A stretch of 46,874 nt of DNA from Escherichia phage SusanneMuster_Bas79, in sequence record PQ850629.1. One strand, written 5' to 3'. A program made the position numbers and the translations under genes. Position 1 is the stretch's first letter, and the number at the start of each line of letters is the position of its first letter. This document shows positions 18,113 to 25,327 of the stretch, piece after piece. The notes beneath the pieces were generated by a model, which was not told the DNA's origin, did no database searches, and was given only the letters and a program-made list of their open reading frames with translations.

Positions 18113-18918
18113 ATCTTCTCCAGAATTGCCATCACCTCGTGAATATCAGCAACAGGAATCTGGATAAACTCCTCATTCTCTGCCACTACATGACCAGCAG
18201 GAAGAATAACGTGGTCAGCTGGCTTCAGTAACTCAATCAGTCGGTCTACTGGCTTAATCTTTTTCGACTTAAGCACCTTCGCCGTTACCTTATCCTTGCC
18301 TTGCGCCTTCGCTTCTTCGACTGCCTCGTCGATAACTTTAACCGCATCATCGCCATGTTCGCGAGTTACTGCTACGGCATTTGCATAGCTGATTTGCCCT
18401 GCACTGATTCGCGCTTTTACTTCGGCTGGCACATCACCCAGTGACAGGTGCATCTGCACGTCAGAAACTGAGCGCCCTACCTTCTTGGCGATTTCCTCGT
18501 TGGTCCAGCCAAAACCCTTCAGTCGCGTGTAAGCCTTTGCGCGTTCAAACGGGTCAAGCTGCTTACCCTGACTGGACGACACCATGAAGGCGATTTTATC
18601 TGCTTCGCCTCCTGTGAAATCCTTGCACTCAATACGAACAATTGGTGCGCCACGCTCAATGGCACGCAACGCTCCGAGATAGCGATGCTGACCATCAAGA
18701 ATGCGGATTCCCTTCTCGTCTGGAATAACTGTTAATGCTGGCAATGGCTGACCTGACTCCCAGCACTGCGCGAAATACTCCACATGCTGCTCATCTGCTT
18801 CGCGGATGTTGTATCCTGGTTCCAGATAGATTTGCTCAACTGGCACGAGATATGTCTTGTTTACCGCGATTCCGTTGCGCGTTTCTTTGTCTGAATAGAT
18901 TTTGCTTAGTGTTTTCAT
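18109..18918 (-). CDS. ParB/Srx-domain protein (ParB-like nuclease domain)
   Basis: N-terminal ILDGQHRYLGALRA (ParB box GxxRxxA), Lys/Ala-rich linker, C-terminal domain; 4-nt overlap with methyltransferase gene. Confidence 0.7.
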   Translation of the reverse strand: MKTLSKIYSDKETRNGIAVNKTYLVPVEQIYLEPGYNIREADEQHVEYFAQCWESGQPLPALTVIPDEKGIRILDGQHRYLGALRAIERGAPIVRIECKDFTGGEADKIAFMVSSSQGKQLDPFERAKAYTRLKGFGWTNEEIAKKVGRSVSDVQMHLSLGDVPAEVKARISAGQISYANAVAVTREHGDDAVKVIDEAVEEAKAQGKDKVTAKVLKSKKIKPVDRLIELLKPADHVILPAGHVVAENEEFIQIPVADIHEVMAILEKM

Positions 18919-18921
18919 TGT

Positions 18922-19563
18922 TTACTCCTCATCACCGGAATTAGCAATATCGTAAAACTGACCGTATGTTATCTGCTTAAAGTTATCAGGTATCGTTACC
19001 TGTCCATGACCTTCACCTTTTGTATTTGGCACGGCAAAAATCAGGCAATCATCCTTTTGCGGGTGTTTGCCGCCATGAGTAGACAGCATTGCAAAACCAA
19101 ATCCGCGACCAGATTGCTCTCCGATTCCGGTGCGTGCGATGCCATAATGATTAACAATATAGTCTTTCCATTCTGGCAATAACTTTAATTTCTCGTTTGC
19201 CTCGCGCATCACCGCGTCCAGATTTTTGTTGTATTCCCGCCCGTCTTTTGTGTTTCCTTTTCCGCGAGCCACGATTACACGCTGACCATCCAAGAACTCT
19301 TCGCGCTTTATTGTCACAGGGCACGGAAATTCAAACTGCTTACTCCACACAAAGCTCTCAAGTAAGCCACCACCGACTGCTCCCCAGCTACGTGTCGTGG
19401 TGAAAGCGATAGCGCCAACCTTTTTCATGGCGTCGCCAAGAACTTCATTGCGGCGCTTTTGGATGTCATCATATGCGTCAATAACTTTCTTAACATCAGC
19501 ACCTTCAACCATGTAATAATCATAATGTTTTGCATTGCTGCTCATCTTCATCACCTCTAGCAT
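18922..19563 (-). CDS. hypothetical protein (about 207-213 aa)
   Basis: first gene of leftward operon; Gly-rich with acidic C-terminus; family not recognised. Confidence 0.5.
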   Translation of the reverse strand: MLEVMKMSSNAKHYDYYMVEGADVKKVIDAYDDIQKRRNEVLGDAMKKVGAIAFTTTRSWGAVGGGLLESFVWSKQFEFPCPVTIKREEFLDGQRVIVARGKGNTKDGREYNKNLDAVMREANEKLKLLPEWKDYIVNHYGIARTGIGEQSGRGFGFAMLSTHGGKHPQKDDCLIFAVPNTKGEGHGQVTIPDNFKQITYGQFYDIANSGDEE

Positions 19564-19564
19564 T

Positions 19565-19660
19565 TATTGTTGTTTCTACGTCACTAACTATAAACGCCAC
19601 ATCAATCTACGTCAACAGGAATATGCTAAAATCATGCTAATCAAAAAACAGGAGATTTGA
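19565..19660. promoter_or_regulatory. divergent promoter region with two conserved boxes
   Basis: TTTCTACGTCAC (19573-19584), CAATCTACGTCAAC (19603-19616), extended -10 TGCTAAAAT (19624-19632), GGAG before ATG 19663. Confidence 0.45.
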
Positions 19661-19662
19661 GC

Positions 19663-19782
19663 ATGGGTTCAACAAACGGTCCTTCTCGTTCGCGCGCTAC
19701 TGGAAATACCAAAACTGGCGGAAAAACTGGCGCAGTTAAGCCAAACGGTTCCACCCGTTCACCATCGCGCGGGAAGAAATAA
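19663..19782 (+). CDS. small highly basic Gly/Ser/Thr-rich protein (39 aa)
   Basis: hand-translated MGSTNGPSRSRATGNTKTGGKTGAVKPNGSTRSPSRGKK; good RBS; TAATG overlap with next gene. Confidence 0.35.
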   Translation: MGSTNGPSRSRATGNTKTGGKTGAVKPNGSTRSPSRGKK

Positions 19783-20222
19783 TGTTCGGCGCAGACATTG
19801 CCATCATGATCATGTATGTGCTGGGTTTTGCCTGCACGGGCATGGTTGCGTTTCTGGTGTTCATTCCGGCAATGGCGATGTCTGTGTATCTTGGATGGGT
19901 GCTTGCTGATTCATTTCCCGCCGAATATCTGTATTACCTTGCGCAGTCTATGGTCTGGCTATTCCCGGCTATTGCACTGCGCAAAAGTACAAAAATGGCG
20001 CTCTGCGTGCTGACGATGAGCCTTTACGAATGGCTGGTAGCGATAGAGTCATTCGTATGGGAATTTATCACGCCTGTAGAAACGCCGCTTCATGCGCAGT
20101 ACGCATTTATTATTATCGGCATCCATCTGTTCATCCTTTCCATCACTTTTAAATGGGGCGGCGAAATTGGACATTATTCTTGGCGTGGTCGCCATTGTTT
20201 TTTCGCTGATTCAAGTCTATAA
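19782..20222 (+). CDS. integral membrane protein (about 4 TM segments)
   Basis: 146 aa, strongly hydrophobic. Confidence 0.45.
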   Translation: MFGADIAIMIMYVLGFACTGMVAFLVFIPAMAMSVYLGWVLADSFPAEYLYYLAQSMVWLFPAIALRKSTKMALCVLTMSLYEWLVAIESFVWEFITPVETPLHAQYAFIIIGIHLFILSITFKWGGEIGHYSWRGRHCFFADSSL

Positions 20223-20254
20223 GTGCTGGAAACATATCATCAGCGAGACACGCA

Positions 20255-20539
20255 ATGAACGAAACACTAAGGCAGGCAGCAGAGCAAGTTATAAGCGGGA
20301 CGACAGGACAGGTGATTGACAAGGCTGGATATGCCTCCATTGGTACTGGTATTGGACTGAAAGTTGCAGAGCAAACGCCTGTCACGCAGTCTTATTTTGA
20401 GGCTATGATTCCACACAGTCTGACGGAGTGGGCGGCAGTAGCGTCAATCCTTGGCGCTCTGTCTCTGGTAATAAAGAACCTGTTTGAAATGTGGTGGAAA
20501 GTCCGGGAGTCAAAGAGAAATGACAGCACCAACACCTGA
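20255..20539 (+). CDS. hypothetical protein with C-terminal hydrophobic segment
   Basis: 94 aa; WAAVASILGALSLVIKNLF segment near C-terminus. Confidence 0.4.
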   Translation: MNETLRQAAEQVISGTTGQVIDKAGYASIGTGIGLKVAEQTPVTQSYFEAMIPHSLTEWAAVASILGALSLVIKNLFEMWWKVRESKRNDSTNT

Positions 20540-20912
20540 AGAACTGGTCAGCCAAATGGCGAATCGCGGAATGACCATCACCACAACAGATGCGTCTGGC
20601 ATTCTGTGTCTTGTGGCGTCAATCAGTGAATGCCTTGAGCTGAACTACCCCAATGATGAATGCCGGCAAAATGCGATCATGCTGTGGGCTTCCATCCTGA
20701 TTAGCGCAAATACCGCAGGGCGCTACGTCACCAGTCAGAGCGCACCATCTGGCGCATCGCAATCATTCGCTTATGGCAGCAAGCCGTGGGTGGCGCTGTA
20801 CAATCAGATGAAGCTACTGGATACGGCAGGATGCACTGGCGATTTGGTGGAAGACCCTGACGGAAGCGGTAAGCCGTGGTTTGCGGTTGTGCGTGGGAGT
20901 AAGTGTAAATGA
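20520..20912 (+). CDS. head-tail connector/adaptor protein (by position)
   Basis: first of four small co-oriented overlapping ORFs between capsid region and major tail gene. Confidence 0.4.
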   Translation: MTAPTPEELVSQMANRGMTITTTDASGILCLVASISECLELNYPNDECRQNAIMLWASILISANTAGRYVTSQSAPSGASQSFAYGSKPWVALYNQMKLLDTAGCTGDLVEDPDGSGKPWFAVVRGSKCK

Positions 20913-21250
20913 CTTCACTGGCTAACTGGAGCTACACGCAACCATGCACCATCTGGCACAAAAGCGGCACTGACAAGTACGGAAAGCCGACTTTTGATGC
21001 ACCAGTAAGCATCATGTGCGATTATGGCTTTAACGATGATGTATCGACCGATGCGAAAGGCAATGAGATTGTGCAGAAGAATACCTTCTGGACAGAATAC
21101 ACTGGCGCTAAGGTTGGTGATTACATCATGACTGGCACAGTGACAGAAGCTGACCCGCTGGCGGCTGGCGCAAACCAGATTCTGAATGTGATTAATTATG
21201 GCAACACGTTCAATCGTGCTGAGCCGCCTGACTTTGCACTGGTGACATAA
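20909..21250 (+). CDS. head-tail joining protein (by position)
   Basis: 113 aa, overlapping starts and stops. Confidence 0.4.
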   Translation: MTSLANWSYTQPCTIWHKSGTDKYGKPTFDAPVSIMCDYGFNDDVSTDAKGNEIVQKNTFWTEYTGAKVGDYIMTGTVTEADPLAAGANQILNVINYGNTFNRAEPPDFALVT

Positions 21251-21714
21251 TGCCAGCGAAATTAAGAGGCATTCAGGAGGCAATTCGCAAAACTGAGCAG
21301 ATAGCTGGCACTATCACGGCAGAAAAAGCGGTGAGAGCAATCAAAAGTGCCAACTATATTATTCGCACAGAAGCGGCAACAATAACGCCAATTGATACAT
21401 CAAACCTTATCAATAGCCAATATGATACGGTGGAAGTGTCAGGGACGAGGATAACAGGAAAAATAGGATATTCTGCTGATTATGCTCTATATGTTCACCG
21501 CGCACCGGGGACACTAAAAGGAAAGCCACGCGCTCATTTTGGCAAGACCAATAACCTTTCAGATTTTGGCCCGAAACAGGTTAAGGAATTTGGTGGCGGC
21601 TCGCTGACAGGTAACTACTGGGACCCAAATGCCGAGCCACAATTCCTGACCAAGGCGGCGCAGCGCACAAAAGACCTGGTTGATAGTGTGATTAAGAAGG
21701 AGATGAAACTGTGA
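21250..21714 (+). CDS. neck / head-closure protein (by position)
   Basis: 154 aa, overlapping starts and stops. Confidence 0.4.
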   Translation: MPAKLRGIQEAIRKTEQIAGTITAEKAVRAIKSANYIIRTEAATITPIDTSNLINSQYDTVEVSGTRITGKIGYSADYALYVHRAPGTLKGKPRAHFGKTNNLSDFGPKQVKEFGGGSLTGNYWDPNAEPQFLTKAAQRTKDLVDSVIKKEMKL

Positions 21715-22085
21715 ACATGCTTGAGCTGGTTGATGCATATCTTCAGGATGCAGGATTGTATGATGGCTGGACTTCGCAGTTGCAGTTCTGGAACGACACC
21801 GGAGATGGCAACGAGCAATTTATTGTTCTGCAATCCAATGGTGGCACGCAGGTGATGGACGGCCTCGGCGGTGACTTCTATTTCTCGCTGTACGTTGTTG
21901 GGAAACAAGGCCAGTACAATGTTGCTGATGTCGACGCTAAAGCCAATGAGATTATCGAATACATCAAGACACATCCGATTGATTCATGCGTGAACTACAT
22001 CCAGTTGCAGGCTCCTCTCGGACGACCAATGTTGACGGAGGAGAAGCGCCCTGTGCATGAGTTGCTTTTGCGGGTTGTGAAATAA
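21711..22085 (+). CDS. tail completion / tail terminator protein (by position)
   Basis: 124 aa, followed by hairpin. Confidence 0.4.
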   Translation: MNMLELVDAYLQDAGLYDGWTSQLQFWNDTGDGNEQFIVLQSNGGTQVMDGLGGDFYFSLYVVGKQGQYNVADVDAKANEIIEYIKTHPIDSCVNYIQLQAPLGRPMLTEEKRPVHELLLRVVK

Positions 22086-22086
22086 A

Positions 22087-22112
22087 TAAAGCCGCACGAA
22101 GCGGCCTTATTG
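22087..22112 (+). terminator. weak hairpin terminator
   Basis: stem GCCGC / GCGGC with ACGAA loop followed by CTTATT. Confidence 0.4.
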
Positions 22113-22119
22113 CTGGTTT

Positions 22120-22830
22120 AAGCATTGCCAGCATGCTTTCTTAATATCCAGCCCCGTAACCCATACATACCCCTACATATGATTGCGATAATGCTGGATA
22201 TTAAGTGTTGTGGTGGCCGGTGCTGATATCCGGCATAAGGCGCTTATTCGGCGGCGTCGAGCTTGCTTATTCGCTTGAGCCATCCTCGTGAGTCAGCCAC
22301 GTCCCACTGCGCATCAGCCTGCGCATTCACCACAACGGAAATAGCACTGGATAACCAAGCGCGCAGACTCTTCACGATTATCTGCTCAATGCTCTTACCT
22401 GTTGTGTGCCACGTTTCGTGTGGCTTACGGCAACGACATTACCGGGTTATTCGCTGCACCCTTGAGGGATTTACTAAGGCGACATGCCCGTTGTTACCCA
22501 CGAATGAGAGTACTGTCTTCGAGCAGACTTTGCCGCGCAAGAACGACGATCAATCACAATACCCTCATTTGTGGGTGCCCATTATTAATCACAGCGGGCC
22601 ACTGCGCCGAATTTGCTTACAAGGAATCGGAAGACCTTGCTGACTTACAGGCTATTACGCCGCCATCAGAACAACATCATCGTTTGCATTTATCTTTGTG
22701 GTCAGTTTCTAAAAAGTCCGCAAAGTCGCTTACGAAAACCATCTGAAATACAATCTACACCACAAAATAATCACTGTCAACACCTGTGATATAATCACCA
22801 CGTTAGCAGCTAACACAATTCGGAGATCGA
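22120..22830. other. ORF-free, inverted-repeat-rich region of about 0.7 kb upstream of major tail gene
   Basis: no plausible ORF on either strand; perfect 12-bp inverted repeat TTAATATCCAGC / GCTGGATATTAA (22141-22152 / 22192-22203); long-range inverted repeat CCCACGAATGAG / CTCATTTGTGGG (about 22497-22510 / 22563-22575); promoter elements at 22751-22796. Confidence 0.5.
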
Positions 22831-22831
22831 A

Positions 22832-23548
22832 ATGGCTATTTGTGCAAATGATAAAGGCGTTCTGGTCGGTCGCATGACCAGACTGTTCCTTGCTGAAGGG
22901 TGCGGAGACGCAGTTCCGGAGGCGGGAGACTGGAAGTATTTAGGCTCAACCACCAGTAAGGGTGTTGACTACTCGCCGCAGACTACCACGTCGGAGGCAG
23001 ATACCACTGGCGGTTTTGTTTCCACTCTCGTTACCAGCTCTGATATGACCATCAGCGCAGAGGTGGAAATCCGCAAGAATGACCCGAGCGATGAGTTTGG
23101 CTTCCATCGTCTGGTTGAGATTTACGCCACCGAACTGAAAGCTCGTCGCCAGCCTTCCTTGTGGGTGCGTCAGGTGACTGGTGCGACTATCGTTACGGCG
23201 TATTGCAACATCACCAGCATCAGCTACGAAGGTGGTACGAACGATATCGTTACTGGCAGCCTTGAGTTCAAGGTTTACGATTCTGATAGCGTTACCGTCG
23301 AAAGCCTTGAGCCTCTGGCATTCACTACAGACCTGCCATCAACTGGCACGGCTGGCAACCCGTTAACTGTTGCTGTTGAAGGTGGTGTCGCTCCTTACAC
23401 TTATGTATGGCGCAAAGATGGCGTGGTTGTCGGCAGCGAATCAGGCGCGTCTCTGGCAAGCCCTACCGCTGGCGTGTATACCGTCACGGTGACTGATTCG
23501 TCTACTGACCCTGAAATTATTATCAGCACGGCTTGCACTGTGTCCTGA
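22832..23548 (+). CDS. major tail protein with C-terminal Ig-like domain
   Basis: 238 aa; Thr/Ser/Val-rich C-terminal segment (TVAVEGGVAPYTYVWRKDG...YTVTVTD) typical of Ig-like decoration domains; followed by strong terminator. Confidence 0.7.
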   Translation: MAICANDKGVLVGRMTRLFLAEGCGDAVPEAGDWKYLGSTTSKGVDYSPQTTTSEADTTGGFVSTLVTSSDMTISAEVEIRKNDPSDEFGFHRLVEIYATELKARRQPSLWVRQVTGATIVTAYCNITSISYEGGTNDIVTGSLEFKVYDSDSVTVESLEPLAFTTDLPSTGTAGNPLTVAVEGGVAPYTYVWRKDGVVVGSESGASLASPTAGVYTVTVTDSSTDPEIIISTACTVS

Positions 23549-23551
23549 TAA

Positions 23552-23582
23552 ATAAAAAAGCCCCGGAAGGGGCTTGTTTTAT
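23552..23582. terminator. bidirectional rho-independent terminator
   Basis: AATAAAAAAGCCCCGGAAGGGGCTTGTTTTATT. Confidence 0.6.
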
Positions 23583-23845
23583 TCTTGCGGTGGCTCTGGT
23601 AGTGGCATCCAGTGGGTGGCATCACTAATCCAGCCATATTCATTAGTTTGAGGGTGATTACCGCGCCCATCTCCGTATTTAAAACTCTCCATAAAGCCAT
23701 AATGTTTATCACCATTAATGTTCACAAAACCGTAATAAGCAGGAATAACGCCGATCTCACACGTAACCAGTAAGGGAAAACTAGTTCTCCAGTTTAGCTC
23801 GCCAATTACAGGCATCCTCTCACTGCACTTAATCCACTGGATCAT
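23579..23845 (-). CDS. DUF551-like protein
   Basis: 88 aa; N-terminal WIKCSERMP and C-terminal THWMPLPEPP resemble DUF551 hallmarks. Confidence 0.6.
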   Translation of the reverse strand: MIQWIKCSERMPVIGELNWRTSFPLLVTCEIGVIPAYYGFVNINGDKHYGFMESFKYGDGRGNHPQTNEYGWISDATHWMPLPEPPQE

Positions 23846-23985
23846 ATCACCTTATCCTCATCAAAAATCACACCAATCACACGAAGCAAGTCTTTCGCCA
23901 TGCGTTCAGCTTCTTCATAGTCGTAACCCGCATCGACATACAAATCGGTGTAGAAAATCAGGTCGGATTTTGTTTGTTCGTTCAT
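23842..23985 (-). CDS. hypothetical small acidic protein (47 aa)
   Basis: hand-translated MNEQTKSDLIFYTDLYVDAGYDYEEAERMAKDLL...; 4-nt overlaps on both sides. Confidence 0.3.
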   Translation of the reverse strand: MNEQTKSDLIFYTDLYVDAGYDYEEAERMAKDLLRVIGVIFDEDKVI

Positions 23986-24188
23986 TTTTTATCGTCGCTC
24001 TTAACTAATGCCCAAACAAGCGCGGCGACCCAGCCAATAAAACTCCATCCAACGAGAATATTCAGTACGCAGATTGCAGTCGTGTTTACGTGCTTGCGTT
24101 GCAGAGCCACAAAAGATGGCAGGAGGTACGCAAATATCACCAACCCAACAAAAAACAACAAAATAACGACGTCCATAGCTAACCTCAA
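23982..24188 (-). CDS. superinfection-immunity-type small membrane protein
   Basis: 68 aa; YLLPSFVALQRKHVNTTAICVLNILVGWSFIGWVAALVWAL matches the pattern of the small Imm-type superinfection immunity membrane protein family. Confidence 0.7.
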   Translation of the reverse strand: MRLAMDVVILLFFVGLVIFAYLLPSFVALQRKHVNTTAICVLNILVGWSFIGWVAALVWALVKSDDKK

Positions 24189-24208
24189 CTGTTAATAACT
24201 TGTTTATA

Positions 24209-24502
24209 TTACATGCCATTCTTTTCACACAAAGCAACAGCCACATCACGCAATTGCTCTTTAGTCATATCCTTGCGTGCATAAACCATTTCTACGATAG
24301 CAAGGCCGATTATTTCTGCTGATTCGTTGTTTTTTGCAGAACCTTTTACCACCACTTCCGCAAGATTCTTGCTGATACCGTTATCGCGAACATCAGCAGT
24401 GTTCATGGCGATTTCTCCAATGTTTTTGCACATATCGGAAGTCGCACTGGCGGCAAAAGAAGAAGCCAATAGTACAGATGCAATCAACATTTTAATTTTC
24501 AT
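24209..24502 (-). CDS. secreted small protein (signal peptide), function unknown
   Basis: 97 aa; N-terminal MKIKMLIASVLLASSFAASA resembles a Sec signal peptide; two Cys. Confidence 0.5.
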   Translation of the reverse strand: MKIKMLIASVLLASSFAASATSDMCKNIGEIAMNTADVRDNGISKNLAEVVVKGSAKNNESAEIIGLAIVEMVYARKDMTKEQLRDVAVALCEKNGM

Positions 24503-24610
24503 AACTCACCTCATTTATTCATCACTCGTTTCGATGACTTGAATCTACATCACCACCTCGCAGGTGTCAACACCACTGAGATGATATAATCAACATCAGT
24601 CAAATTCAGG
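24503..24610. promoter_or_regulatory. divergent promoter region
   Basis: box TTGAATCTACATCACC (24539-24554), extended -10 TGATATAAT (24582-24590) upstream of ATG 24611. Confidence 0.4.
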
Positions 24611-25327
24611 ATGCAAAACATGAGCAATCGCACGCCACTAACAGAAATCGGGGAGATGCGCATCTCTCTTTCTGACAGGAGTTTTTTCTTTAAGCCATCA
24701 TTCCGCGCAATGAATGAAATTGGCACACCAAAAGAAATCGTCGAGGTGTACGCTAAGCTCAATGGCATTGATTATGTTGCGCCATTGCAGCACGTCGAGT
24801 ACCTGCCATTTGGCGCGCAGATGCAGGTTATGAAGACCATCAGCAAGCCTGTTTATGGTCGCCATGTGCTGAGTGCGGCCTATATCGTAATGCAGTCATG
24901 CTGTGAAGATGATGTTTCTGTGCTGATTGGTGGATGGAAGCCAACTCCGCGCGGCGTGCGATATGTGCCGGGCATCATGCCTGTGAGCGACATTATTATT
25001 ATTGCGCGCAACCTGATGCAGCACGGCGTCATTGGCAAATCACCACTCAAAGTGCCTGAACGCCTGGAAGAGCAGGGCAAGAAAACCACAAACGAGTTTC
25101 ATGCGTCTCAATACATCATCTCAGCACGCACGCATTTCGACATGACGCGCGATGAGGCTGAAAACCTGTCTATGACAGAGTTTCAAATGATGATTAAGAA
25201 TAAATATCCAGAGCCGAAAGGGTTAACGAAAGAAGAGCGCGCGGCAGAGTACGATCAGGCCAAAGCAGACCGTGAGCGCATGAAGGCACTGGCTGAACGC
25301 AAAGCGAAAAAAGCGAGGAATACATAA
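24611..25327 (+). CDS. tail assembly chaperone (by position)
   Basis: 238 aa ORF immediately upstream of and overlapping tape measure gene; Lys/Glu-rich C-terminus. Confidence 0.45.
   Translation: MQNMSNRTPLTEIGEMRISLSDRSFFFKPSFRAMNEIGTPKEIVEVYAKLNGIDYVAPLQHVEYLPFGAQMQVMKTISKPVYGRHVLSAAYIVMQSCCEDDVSVLIGGWKPTPRGVRYVPGIMPVSDIIIIARNLMQHGVIGKSPLKVPERLEEQGKKTTNEFHASQYIISARTHFDMTRDEAENLSMTEFQMMIKNKYPEPKGLTKEERAAEYDQAKADRERMKALAERKAKKARNT

Noticed and set aside
22263-22746. ORFs 22263-22643 and 22402-22746 inside the 0.7 kb region upstream of the major tail gene
   Set aside because: Mutually overlapping, Cys/Arg/Leu-rich translations with no ribosome-binding context and no protein-like character; the region is treated as non-coding.
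24611-25327. Programmed -1 frameshift in the tail assembly chaperone gene
   Set aside because: Expected from what is known of siphovirus tail genes, but I could not identify a slippery heptamer and overlapping extension frame by eye; a single 238-aa ORF is all the sequence supports.
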